DNA of 53,594 nt from Flavobacteriaceae bacterium (GTDB lineage: Bacteria; Bacteroidota; Bacteroidia; Flavobacteriales; Flavobacteriaceae), in the NCBI GenBank assembly GCA_002729755.1, contig PBYT01000019.1:51849-105442 (forward strand), given 5' to 3'. The notes beneath the pieces are model-generated. The model was not told the origin of the DNA, made no database searches, and saw only the letters and a list, made by a program, of their open reading frames with translations. A program made the position numbers and the translations under genes. How positions within the stretch are numbered: position 1 is the first letter of the stretch; the number at the start of each line of letters is the position of its first letter. Shown here in pieces: positions 19,071-28,581 of the stretch.

Positions 19071-19831
19071 CCTCTGTTTATAACTGTTGAAGATGCCTGA
19101 GATTTTGAAAGGACAGTAATATCACTTATGTTAACATTTTCTGGGCTTGATATAACATAGTCAATAACATTAGCTATGTCTTCAGAAACTAGAGGGTTAA
19201 CATCCTTATAAACAGCTTTTGATCTTTCCTTATCATCTTTAAACCTAACCATTGAAAAGTTAGTTTCTACTAGACCAGGATTTATTTGAGATACTTTTAT
19301 ATTATGCTTATTTAAATCAATTCTCATTCCCTGAGATATAGCATCAACAGCAAATTTTGAAGCACAATAGATATTTCCTTTTGGATATACTTCTTTTCCA
19401 GCAATTGAACCAATATTAATAATATGCCCTCTATTATTTTTTACCATTATTTTTAAAACTTCTTTAGATACATATAGTAATCCTTTTACATTAGTATCTA
19501 TCATCATATCCCAGTCTTCAATATCTCCTTCATGAATAAAATCCATTCCATGAGCATTACCAGCATTATTAATAAGAATATCAATATTTTTCCATTTCCC
19601 TTCAAGTTCCTTAAACTTTGCAGCTACATCATCTTTATCTCTAACATCAAAAGTTAGAGTTTTAACAGTTGTTAAATTAGATAGAGACTTAGAAAGAACA
19701 GTTAGCTTTTCTTGTCTTCTTCCACATAGAATTAAAGAAAACTTACTAGCTAACTTTTTTGCAGTTGCTTCTCCTATTCCAGATGTCGCTCCAGTTATTA
19801 GAGCAATTTTTTTTGATTTGATGTTTTCCAA
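19067..19831 (-). CDS. SDR-family NADP-dependent oxidoreductase (YdfG / 3-hydroxy-acid dehydrogenase-like)
   Basis: TGATSGIGEATA cofactor motif, NNAG, and catalytic YCASK. The start codon is TTG (19831-19829), with no in-frame ATG before the Rossmann motif. Confidence 0.85.
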   Translation of the reverse strand: MENIKSKKIALITGATSGIGEATAKKLASKFSLILCGRRQEKLTVLSKSLSNLTTVKTLTFDVRDKDDVAAKFKELEGKWKNIDILINNAGNAHGMDFIHEGDIEDWDMMIDTNVKGLLYVSKEVLKIMVKNNRGHIINIGSIAGKEVYPKGNIYCASKFAVDAISQGMRIDLNKHNIKVSQINPGLVETNFSMVRFKDDKERSKAVYKDVNPLVSEDIANVIDYVISSPENVNISDITVLSKSQASSTVINRG

Positions 19832-19838
19832 TTAATAA

Positions 19839-20582
19839 TTATTGAAGATATACAAATAATAATCCAGCAAGAACACCTCCACATAAAGGACCTAAAATAG
19901 GAACCCAACTATAAGCCCAGTCAGAGATTTTGTTTTTTCTAGGAATAAGTTGATATGTAATTCTTGGACCAAGATCTCTGGCGGGGTTTATTGCATATCC
20001 AGTAGTTCCTCCCAGACTTAAACCTATTACCCAAACTAATATTCCAACAGGAAGAGCCTCTAAAGAACCAATTCCAAAATTTATTTTTGTGCCTTCAATA
20101 GTTATATTTGGTTCAACTAAATATAAAACACCAAAAACAAGGATGAATGTTCCCATTAACTCACTAAAGAAATTATTCTTGTAGTTTCTTATTGCGGGAG
20201 AAGTACAAAATGTTCCCATTACAGAACTTTCATCAGAAGTTTCTCTATAATGATCTATATAAATAATATAAACTAGCCAACTACCAAAAATTGCTCCAAG
20301 TATCTGTGATATAATATACCCACAAATAAGCTCAGTAGAAAACTTTCCTGCAAATGCTAGACCTACAGTTACTGCTGGATTAAGGTGTGCTCCACTGAAT
20401 TGTCCAGTTATAAAGGCTGCGGTAAAAACAGCAAGACCCCATGCTGTAGTGATTAAAACCCAAGGTGTCATCTGTTTAGATGCTTTAGTTTTGTTTAAAC
20501 TAACATTGGCAACAATACCGTTTCCAAGAAATAACAGAATAGCTGTTCCAATGAACTCTGCGATATAAGGATTGTTCATCAT
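19839..20582 (-). CDS. glpF: aquaglyceroporin / glycerol uptake facilitator (MIP family)
   Basis: Two NPA boxes (HLNPAVT, INPARD), six TM segments, directly downstream of glpK-glpD. Confidence 0.9.
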   Translation of the reverse strand: MMNNPYIAEFIGTAILLFLGNGIVANVSLNKTKASKQMTPWVLITTAWGLAVFTAAFITGQFSGAHLNPAVTVGLAFAGKFSTELICGYIISQILGAIFGSWLVYIIYIDHYRETSDESSVMGTFCTSPAIRNYKNNFFSELMGTFILVFGVLYLVEPNITIEGTKINFGIGSLEALPVGILVWVIGLSLGGTTGYAINPARDLGPRITYQLIPRKNKISDWAYSWVPILGPLCGGVLAGLLFVYLQ

Positions 20583-22129
20583 GCTTTATAATTTTCACAT
20601 AATGTATTAAATTTTTTTAATTCTTTATCTATCCATGAATTATCTTTTTCCATAATTTCTGCCATTTTTTTTGCTACCTGAGGGGCGATTCTAATAGATT
20701 CACCAGAGTCTAAAAATAAACATCTTGTTCTTCTAGCTAAAACATCTTCAACTGTTATCGCCATTTCTTTGGTTATTGACCAATGAATTATACTATTTGA
20801 AATAAAAAATTTCTTTGATAGTGAGATATTGTCTATTGAACTTCCATAAGACTTTAATCTTCTTGCTTTTGATCCATAAACGTGAAATGGATTATCCCAT
20901 TTTACTCTTCTTTTAAAACCGTGAAGACGTAAATTTTTTGTTTTGCATTTTCTTTTTCTTAATCCCCCTAATGGTATTGAAGCATCTACTGCATCCTCAG
21001 CAATTTTTCTATAAGTAGTCCATTTACCACCTAAGATGCTAATTAAACCAGTAGTTGAAACATTAATTTTGTGACTTCTGGATACCTCTTTAGTTGATTT
21101 TTCATTACTTGTAGAAGCAAGGGGTCTTAGGCCAGTAAAAACACTTTTAATATCTTTTTTAAATGGTTTGATAGACATATACTTAGATGCATTATTAAGA
21201 ATAAAATCAATTTCTTCTTTTAAAGGTTTAGGCTCATCCAATGTGTCTTTAATTTGAGTGTCTGTTGTTCCGACAACTACATAATTTTTCCATGGAACCG
21301 CAAATAGAACCCTTCCATCAGTTGTATGAGGTATCATTATAGCATGAGGACTATCTAAAAATTTCTTTTCTAAAACAATATGAACTCCTTGACTTGGTTT
21401 AATCATTTTTTTTGAATTAGGTTGATCCATTTTAATTATTTTATCAGCAAATACACCTGTAGCATTAATTACTACTTTGCTTTTAACTTCAAAAGTTTCA
21501 CCTTTTATTGTGTCTTTAAATTTTATACCAGTAACGAGGTTGTCTTTTTTTATAAGATTGATTACCTCGCAATAATTAATTAAACAAGCATTTTGGTCAT
21601 TTGCTGTTAAAGCAAGACTAATAGCCATTCTAGTATCATCAAACTGTCCATCATGGTATATAACACCCCCTCTTAAACCCTTTTTATTTACATTAGGAAT
21701 TAATTTAATTGTCTCTTCCTTGGAAAGTATAAGAGATTTACCAAGACCTAATGATCCAGCCATCATATCATATATTTTAAGACCTATTCCGTAAAAGGGA
21801 CTACTCCACCAGTCATATGTTGGAATAACAAAACTTAAATCTCTAACTAGATGAGGTGCATTTTTTTTTAAAATCCCTCTTTCCCTTAGAGACTCAATAA
21901 CTAAAGAGATATCTCCATTTTGGAGATATCTAACACCTCCATGAATTAGTTTTGTACTTCTAGAAGATGTTCCTTTTCCAAAATCATGTTTTTCAAGAAG
22001 TAAAGTTTTATAACCTCTTTTTGAAGCATCTACTGCAATTCCAAGACCAGAAGCGCCACCACCAATAATTACAATATCCCACTGGCTATCAAAACTTTTA
22101 ATTTTATCTAAATTAGTATCTCTATTCAT
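20579..22129 (-). CDS. glpD: FAD-dependent glycerol-3-phosphate dehydrogenase
   Basis: N-terminal FAD fold IIGGGASGLGIAVDASKRGYKTLLLEKHDFGKGTSSRSTKLIHGGVRYL, about 516 aa, glp context. Confidence 0.92.
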   Translation of the reverse strand: MNRDTNLDKIKSFDSQWDIVIIGGGASGLGIAVDASKRGYKTLLLEKHDFGKGTSSRSTKLIHGGVRYLQNGDISLVIESLRERGILKKNAPHLVRDLSFVIPTYDWWSSPFYGIGLKIYDMMAGSLGLGKSLILSKEETIKLIPNVNKKGLRGGVIYHDGQFDDTRMAISLALTANDQNACLINYCEVINLIKKDNLVTGIKFKDTIKGETFEVKSKVVINATGVFADKIIKMDQPNSKKMIKPSQGVHIVLEKKFLDSPHAIMIPHTTDGRVLFAVPWKNYVVVGTTDTQIKDTLDEPKPLKEEIDFILNNASKYMSIKPFKKDIKSVFTGLRPLASTSNEKSTKEVSRSHKINVSTTGLISILGGKWTTYRKIAEDAVDASIPLGGLRKRKCKTKNLRLHGFKRRVKWDNPFHVYGSKARRLKSYGSSIDNISLSKKFFISNSIIHWSITKEMAITVEDVLARRTRCLFLDSGESIRIAPQVAKKMAEIMEKDNSWIDKELKKFNTLCENYKA

Positions 22130-23613
22130 TAATCTGAAAGTATCTTTCCTATTCTTTTATCCCACAGATCAATTATTGATTTTGAGTCAAAATCTTCATT
22201 AGGATTAAATATTTTATCCATTTCCCAAAGGTTGCTTAGCTCAGAAATATTTGACCAAAATCCTGTTGCAAGACCAGCCATGAAAGCGGCACCTATTGCC
22301 GTAGTTTCAGTTGTTTTAGGTCGAATAACTTTGTTGCCCAATAGGTTAGATTGAATTTGCATTAATAAATCGTTATTACTTGCTCCTCCATCAACTTTAA
22401 GATTTTTAAATTCAATACCAGCATCTTTTTGCATCTCAATGATTATATCTCTTGTTCTAAGTGCAATAGATTCTAGAGCTGCTCGAGCAATATGGCCTTT
22501 TTTAGTTCCCCTATTTAATCCAAAAATTGCACCTTGAGCAAATGGATCCCAATACGGAGAACCTAAACCAGATAATGCTGGTATAAATGTAATTCCACCA
22601 TTTGCATCAACGGTTTTTGCTAATTCTTCAATTTCAGAGGATTCTGAAATAATTTCAAGCTTATCTCTTAACCATTGGACTAGAGCTCCAGCAACAAAAA
22701 CACTTCCTTCAAGAGCATATGTTAGTTTTCCATTTATTCTCCATCCAATAGTACTAAGCATTTTATTTTTTGATCTAACTACTTTATCTCCAGTATTCAT
22801 AACACAAAAACATCCAGTACCATATGTATTTTTTACATCGCCAGGATTAAGACATAGTTGTCCAAAAAGAGAAGCTTGTTGATCACCTGCTATTCCACTA
22901 ATAGGAATGCTTTCTCCAAAAATGCTTTTATCTGTTTTTACAATTAATGAAGATGAATCAATAACTTTAGGCAAGATATTTTTTGGAACATTAAAAATAG
23001 ATAATAGTTCATCATCCCAATCATCATCATGAATATTATATAATAAAGTTCTGCTAGCATTACTTGGGTCAGTAACATGATATTCTCCTTTGGTTAGATT
23101 CCATATTAGCCAAGTGTCAATTGTTCCAAAAATTAATTCACCTTGATTAGCTTTAGATCTAAATTCTTCTTTTTTATCAAGAATCCATTTTATTTTAGTT
23201 CCCGAAAAATATGCATCAATAACTAATCCTGTTTTATCAAGTATAACTTTATCTTTCCCTTTTTTAATAAGTTCTTTACAGAAATCAGCAGTCCTTCTAT
23301 CTTGCCATACAATTGCATTAAAAACAGGTTTTCCAGTTTTTTTATCCCATATAACAGTAGTCTCTCTTTGATTTGTTATACCTATAGAATCAATTTGAGT
23401 GATATCTACATTTGAGTTATTTAATACATCATTTATTGCTTTTAATTGAGTATTCCAAATTTCTTCTGCATCATGCTCTACCCAACCTTCTTTTGGAAAA
23501 AGTTGATTAAACTCATATTGAGCTACACCATTTATTTTTCCATTTTTATCAAACAGAATTGCTCTTGAACTTGTAGTCCCTGCATCAATTGCTAATACAA
23601 ATTTTTTATTCAT
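22129..23613 (-). CDS. glpK: glycerol kinase
   Basis: FGGY kinase with a GlpK-type N-terminus (KKFVLAIDAGTTSSRAILFD) and the GITNQRETTVIWD block. The tracked ORF begins with TTG at 23658. ATG at 23613 matches the conserved N-terminus. Confidence 0.95.
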   Translation of the reverse strand: MNKKFVLAIDAGTTSSRAILFDKNGKINGVAQYEFNQLFPKEGWVEHDAEEIWNTQLKAINDVLNNSNVDITQIDSIGITNQRETTVIWDKKTGKPVFNAIVWQDRRTADFCKELIKKGKDKVILDKTGLVIDAYFSGTKIKWILDKKEEFRSKANQGELIFGTIDTWLIWNLTKGEYHVTDPSNASRTLLYNIHDDDWDDELLSIFNVPKNILPKVIDSSSLIVKTDKSIFGESIPISGIAGDQQASLFGQLCLNPGDVKNTYGTGCFCVMNTGDKVVRSKNKMLSTIGWRINGKLTYALEGSVFVAGALVQWLRDKLEIISESSEIEELAKTVDANGGITFIPALSGLGSPYWDPFAQGAIFGLNRGTKKGHIARAALESIALRTRDIIIEMQKDAGIEFKNLKVDGGASNNDLLMQIQSNLLGNKVIRPKTTETTAIGAAFMAGLATGFWSNISELSNLWEMDKIFNPNEDFDSKSIIDLWDKRIGKILSD

Positions 23614-23774
23614 AATTAAGCCTTTTTGCAATTTAGTGAAAAAGAGAACTGCCAACAAAGGGCTATTAAATTATATATGTAAAAAATATTAACTTGTAGA
23701 TTCAACAAATCATTATGAAAAGGATTTTTTTTCTAATTCTATTTTATATTCTCAATTTGATGATTAAATAATTC

Positions 23775-24275
23775 ATGATGGATATTATTTTATTTATTCT
23801 TGGGTTGGTTCTATGTTTAATTGGTATCACAGGAAGTTTTGTCCCTATGATACCTGGTCCATTTGTTTCATGGTTAGCTATTTTAATCTTAAACTTAACG
23901 GATGCAGTAGAATTTAATTTAAATTTTGTTTTAATAACTCTATCTGTCGCAGTATCAGTAGGGTTAATAGATTATCTAATACCAATTATTGGAGTTAAGA
24001 AACTTGGTGGATCAAAGTCTGGACAAGTTGGAACATTTATAGGGCTAGTTTTAGCCATTATAATGATAGGTCCATTTGGAATACTAGTTGGTCCCTTTGT
24101 AGGAGCTTTAATTGGTGAAATGGTAAATAAAAAAAGTTTTTCAGAATCATTAAAACCTGCATTTGGGTCGTTAGTAGGTGTGGTTGCAGGAAGTTTAATA
24201 AAATTTTGTTTAACCTTAAGTTATCTTTTTTTCTATTTAAATATTTTCTGGACATACAAAGAAAATTTTTTCTAA
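23775..24275 (+). CDS. DUF456-family integral membrane protein
   Basis: 166 aa with four or five TM segments. N-terminus ...LIGITGSFVPMIPGPFVSWLAIL is typical of DUF456. Confidence 0.65.
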   Translation: MMDIILFILGLVLCLIGITGSFVPMIPGPFVSWLAILILNLTDAVEFNLNFVLITLSVAVSVGLIDYLIPIIGVKKLGGSKSGQVGTFIGLVLAIIMIGPFGILVGPFVGALIGEMVNKKSFSESLKPAFGSLVGVVAGSLIKFCLTLSYLFFYLNIFWTYKENFF

Positions 24276-24294
24276 AAAATAAGTAAATTGTCGA

Positions 24295-24768
24295 ATGTTT
24301 AAAAAGGATTATGAGGCTTCTTGGACTGATTTAGACCCAAATTGGCATGTTGCAAACTATGCTTATAATAAATATTCTACTGATGCTAGGGTTTCTTTTT
24401 TTAATTCATTAGAGTTAAATAAAACTAAGTTTGATAAACTTAACATAGGCCCTGTTCTTTTCTACGAACATATGCACTATTACAAAGAGATTAAAATAGG
24501 TGTTAAATTTTCTGTAACTGTTGAAATAGATGGTTATAGTGAAGATGGAAAGTTTTTTAAACTTTTTCAAAATTTTTATAATCAAAAAGGAGAACATCTA
24601 GCTCATTTAGACCTTGCCTTTGGAATAATGGATACAGTCAAAAGAAAGCTAACTTTAATGCCAGAGGATTCATTTAACCTTTTTAAGGGATTATCTAGAT
24701 CAAAATCTTTTCAAATTTTATCAAAAGAGAATATGAGAATTGAAGGTAAATCTCCACTTAATATTTGA
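24295..24768 (+). CDS. hotdog-fold acyl-CoA thioesterase-like protein
   Basis: 157 aa. Size and pattern (WTDLDPNWHVANYAY...) resemble 4HBT/YbgC-like thioesterases. The assignment is from recall only. Confidence 0.55.
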   Translation: MFKKDYEASWTDLDPNWHVANYAYNKYSTDARVSFFNSLELNKTKFDKLNIGPVLFYEHMHYYKEIKIGVKFSVTVEIDGYSEDGKFFKLFQNFYNQKGEHLAHLDLAFGIMDTVKRKLTLMPEDSFNLFKGLSRSKSFQILSKENMRIEGKSPLNI

Positions 24769-24774
24769 TGTGAT

Positions 24775-25017
24775 ATGAAAAAGAAATATTGGAAACAGAA
24801 TTTAATTTATTTAAGAATACTATTAACAGTTTGGTTTATATGTTCATTTGGTTTTGGAATTTTAATGGCAGAGTATCTTAACAATTTTTATCTAGGCGGT
24901 TTTCCTCTTGGATTTTGGTTTGCCCAGCAAGGTTCAATATACATTTTTGTAATACTAATTTTTATCTATGTATATCTTATGAATAAACTAGATGAGAAAT
25001 ATAATTTAAAAGAATAG
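24775..25017 (+). CDS. DUF4212 small subunit of sodium:solute symporter
   Basis: 80 aa with two TM segments and the conserved GGFPLGFWFAQQGSIYIFV block. It lies immediately upstream (1-nt gap) of the large SSS subunit, which is the known pairing. Confidence 0.75.
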   Translation: MKKKYWKQNLIYLRILLTVWFICSFGFGILMAEYLNNFYLGGFPLGFWFAQQGSIYIFVILIFIYVYLMNKLDEKYNLKE

Positions 25018-25018
25018 T

Positions 25019-26686
25019 ATGGATTCTCAATTTTGGACATATCTTTTAGTTGGCATAACTTTTACTATATATATAGGAATAGCTATATGGTCTAGAGCTC
25101 AAAGCACAAAAGAGTTTTATATAGCGGGAGCTGGAATAAACCCTGTTATTAATGGAATGGCGACTGCTGCTGATTGGATGTCAGCTGCATCATTTCTTTC
25201 AATGGCAGGACTTATTTCTGTTTTAGGTTATGGAGGTTCTCAATATTTAATGGGGTGGACAGGTGGATATGTTCTTTTAGCATTATGTTTAGCCCCATAT
25301 TTAAGAAAATTTGGAAAATTTACTGTTCCAGATTTTATAGGAGAAAGGTACTACTCTAGTAATGCAAGGTTTATAGCATTAATTTGTGCAATCTTTATTT
25401 CATTTACATATGTAGTTGGTCAAATGAAAGGAGTTGGAGTTGCATTTTCAAGATTTCTTGAAATACCATTTGAGAATGGAGTTATTATTGGTATTGGTAT
25501 TGTATTCTTCTATGCTGTCCTTGGAGGTATGAAAGGAATAACTTACACTCAAGTAGCACAATATTGTGTTTTAATATTTGCTTTTACTGTTCCAGCAATT
25601 TATATTTCACTTCAAGCTACTGGTAACCCTATACCTCAAGTAGGATTTGGAAGTAAGACTATGGATGGAGTCTATTTACTAGAAAAGTTAAATCAATTAT
25701 CTGTTGATTTGGGATTTGAAAAATATACTGATATAAATAGGACAACATTGATAAATGTCTTTTTTATTACATCTGCCTTAATGTTTGGAACAGCAGGATT
25801 GCCCCATGTAATTGTTAGATTTTTTACTGTCCCTAAAGTTAGAGATGCTAGAATCTCCGCTGGTTGGGCGCTTTTATTTATTTCAATTTTATATACAACT
25901 GCACCTGCAGTTGCAGCTTTTGCAAAAGTTAATTTAATAAATACAGTTTCAAATGCTAGATATGCAGATGTTCCAGATTGGTTTAAAAACTGGGAAAATA
26001 CAGGCTTACTTCAATTTGATGATAAAAATCAAGATGGTGTAATTCAATATGTTGCAGATTCTCAAATTAATGAACTGACTGTTGATCCTGACATAATGGT
26101 TCTTGCAAATCCTGAAATTGCTAATCTTCCTGCATGGGTAGTTGGATTAATAGTTGCAGGTGGGTTAGCTGCTGCTCTTTCAACTGCAGCTGGACTATTA
26201 CTTGTAATCTCAACTTCAATATCTCATGATTTATTAAAGAAGAATCTTAATCCTAAAATCTCTGAAAAAGGGGAGCTTTGGGCTGCTAGAATTGCTATTG
26301 CTGTAGCAGTTGTTGCAGCAGGACTGGCAGGGCTTAACCCCCCTGGTTTTGTTGCAGAAGTTGTAGCTCTTGCTTTTGGATTAGCTGCATCTTCTTTCTT
26401 TCCAGCAATTATTCTTGGAATATTTGATAAAAGAATGAATAAAGAAGGAGCAATTTCTGGAATGATTGTGGGTATTTTGTTTACAGCAATTTATATTTTT
26501 TACTTTAAGCCACAATTAGGAGGTCCAGGAACTCCTGATAACTATTTGTTTGGTATTTCACCTGAAGGTATTGGTACTATTGGAATGTTTATTAATTTTA
26601 TTATAGCTATTATTGTATCTAGATTTACTAAACCAACTCCTGAAAGAATTAAACAGCTTGTAGAAAACATTAGATATCCAAAATAA
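25019..26686 (+). CDS. sodium:solute symporter family permease (VC_2705/ActP-like large subunit; probable acetate or short-chain carboxylate uptake)
   Basis: 555 aa, about 13 TM segments, SSF-type sequence (AADWMSAASFLSMAG...). Paired with DUF4212 and followed by acs. Confidence 0.88.
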   Translation: MDSQFWTYLLVGITFTIYIGIAIWSRAQSTKEFYIAGAGINPVINGMATAADWMSAASFLSMAGLISVLGYGGSQYLMGWTGGYVLLALCLAPYLRKFGKFTVPDFIGERYYSSNARFIALICAIFISFTYVVGQMKGVGVAFSRFLEIPFENGVIIGIGIVFFYAVLGGMKGITYTQVAQYCVLIFAFTVPAIYISLQATGNPIPQVGFGSKTMDGVYLLEKLNQLSVDLGFEKYTDINRTTLINVFFITSALMFGTAGLPHVIVRFFTVPKVRDARISAGWALLFISILYTTAPAVAAFAKVNLINTVSNARYADVPDWFKNWENTGLLQFDDKNQDGVIQYVADSQINELTVDPDIMVLANPEIANLPAWVVGLIVAGGLAAALSTAAGLLLVISTSISHDLLKKNLNPKISEKGELWAARIAIAVAVVAAGLAGLNPPGFVAEVVALAFGLAASSFFPAIILGIFDKRMNKEGAISGMIVGILFTAIYIFYFKPQLGGPGTPDNYLFGISPEGIGTIGMFINFIIAIIVSRFTKPTPERIKQLVENIRYPK

Positions 26687-26688
26687 TT

Positions 26689-28581
26689 ATGCAAAGAATT
26701 AAATCTTTATCAGAATACTTTAATCAATATGAAAAAAGTCAAAGTGATCCAGAAGGATTTTGGGCTGAAATTGCTAAATCATTTAGTTGGATTGAACCAT
26801 GGAAAAAAGTTTTAGAATCTGATTTTGAAAAAGCAGATGTTAAATGGTTTATTGATGGTAAGCTTAATATTACAGAAAATATTTTCGAAAGAAACCTAAT
26901 TGAAAATAAAGATAAGACAGCAATTATATGGGAGCCTAATAATCCAGATGAAGACACAAAAAAAATGTCTTATCAAGAACTTTATGAGGAAACCTGTAAG
27001 TTTTCAAATGCTTTAAAAGATATCGGAATAAAAAAAGGGGATAGGATTATAATATATATGCCTATGGTTCCAGAGGCAACAATTGCAATGTTAGCTTGTG
27101 CAAGAGTTGGAGCAGTTCATTCTGTTGTTTTTGCAGGATTTTCATCTACTTCATTAGCTGATAGAATTGATGATTGTGAGTCAAAAATGGTAATAACTTC
27201 TGATGGAAATTTTAGAGGAAACAAAGTTATACCAGTTAAATCGGTTGTTGATGAGGCTCTTGAAAAATCTAACTCAATAGAAAAAGTAATTGTTCTGAAA
27301 AGAACTAATCAAGAAGTAAACTTTGTTTCAGGTAGAGATTTTTGGTGGCATGAATTAGTTAAAGATAAGTCATCAGAATGTAAAGCAGAAGTTATGGATT
27401 CAGAGGATATGTTGTTTGTCTTATATACTTCTGGATCAACTGGTAAGCCTAAAGGAGTTGTTCATACAACAGGGGGTTATATGGTATATTCTGCCTATAC
27501 TTTTTTAAATGTTTTCCAGTATGATAAAGATGATATATACTGGTGTACTGCAGATGTAGGATGGATTACAGGACACTCATATATAGTATACGGACCTCTT
27601 TTGTGCGGAGCTACAAGTTTAATGTTTGAAGGTGTTCCCACATATCCAAATGTTAGTAGATTTTGGGACATAGTAGATAAGCACAAAGTAAATCAATTTT
27701 ATACTGCACCAACTGCAATAAGAGCTCTTCAAGCCCATGGATTAGAACCTTTAGAGAATAATTCACTAGACTCATTAAAAGTAATTGGATCAGTTGGAGA
27801 ACCAATAAATGAAGAAGCTTGGCACTGGTATCATGATAATATAGGTAAAGGTAATTGCCCACTTGTAGATACTTGGTGGCAAACAGAAACTGGTGGAATA
27901 ATGATTTCCGCATTAGCGGGAATTACCCCTAATAAACCAGCCCATGCATCACTTCCACTCCCGGGTATAATCCCGGTCATAGTTGATGCTGAAGGAAATG
28001 AACTAAGTGGAAATAATGTTCAAGGAAATTTATTTATAAAATCACCTTGGCCTTCCATATTAAGAACTACTTATGGAGATCATGAAAGGTGTATTAATAC
28101 TTATTTCTCTAGTTATAAAGGAATGTATTTTACAGGTGATGGTGTTAAGAGGGACCATGATGGCTACCTCAGAATTCTAGGTAGAGTTGACGATGTAATG
28201 AATGTATCTGGACATAGAATGGGTACAGCTGAGGTTGAAAATGCAATTAATGAACATAGTGAAGTTATTGAATCTGCTGTGGTAGGTTATCCTCATGATA
28301 TAAAAGGAGAGGGGATATATGCTTTTGTTATTATAAATCCTGGATCTGAAAATGATAATATAAAAAATCAAATTACAGATGTTGTAAGAAATGTCATAGG
28401 TCCAATAGCAAAACCAGATAAAATCCAGATTGTAAGTGGACTACCGAAAACTAGATCTGGTAAAATTATGAGAAGGATTTTGAGAAAAGTTGCAAGTAAT
28501 GATTTGTCAAATATGGGAGATACATCAACCTTATTGAATCCTGATATTGTGGAAGAAATAATTCAAGGAGCAATCAATTAA
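26689..28581 (+). CDS. acs: acetyl-CoA synthetase (AMP-forming)
   Basis: 630 aa with AMP-binding motif YTSGSTGKPKG, WWQTETGG, and the C-terminal PKTRSGKIMRRILRK containing the regulatory Lys context. Confidence 0.96.
   Translation: MQRIKSLSEYFNQYEKSQSDPEGFWAEIAKSFSWIEPWKKVLESDFEKADVKWFIDGKLNITENIFERNLIENKDKTAIIWEPNNPDEDTKKMSYQELYEETCKFSNALKDIGIKKGDRIIIYMPMVPEATIAMLACARVGAVHSVVFAGFSSTSLADRIDDCESKMVITSDGNFRGNKVIPVKSVVDEALEKSNSIEKVIVLKRTNQEVNFVSGRDFWWHELVKDKSSECKAEVMDSEDMLFVLYTSGSTGKPKGVVHTTGGYMVYSAYTFLNVFQYDKDDIYWCTADVGWITGHSYIVYGPLLCGATSLMFEGVPTYPNVSRFWDIVDKHKVNQFYTAPTAIRALQAHGLEPLENNSLDSLKVIGSVGEPINEEAWHWYHDNIGKGNCPLVDTWWQTETGGIMISALAGITPNKPAHASLPLPGIIPVIVDAEGNELSGNNVQGNLFIKSPWPSILRTTYGDHERCINTYFSSYKGMYFTGDGVKRDHDGYLRILGRVDDVMNVSGHRMGTAEVENAINEHSEVIESAVVGYPHDIKGEGIYAFVIINPGSENDNIKNQITDVVRNVIGPIAKPDKIQIVSGLPKTRSGKIMRRILRKVASNDLSNMGDTSTLLNPDIVEEIIQGAIN

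Noticed and set aside
23715-23771. 18-codon hydrophobic mini-ORF (MKRIFFLILFYILNLMIK) just upstream of the DUF456 gene, in the glpK/DUF456 intergenic region.
   Set aside because: It is too short to support from sequence alone. AT-rich spacers generate such Phe/Ile/Leu mini-ORFs by chance, and there is no conservation or ribosome-binding evidence available. It is worth a glance only if ribosome-profiling data exist.
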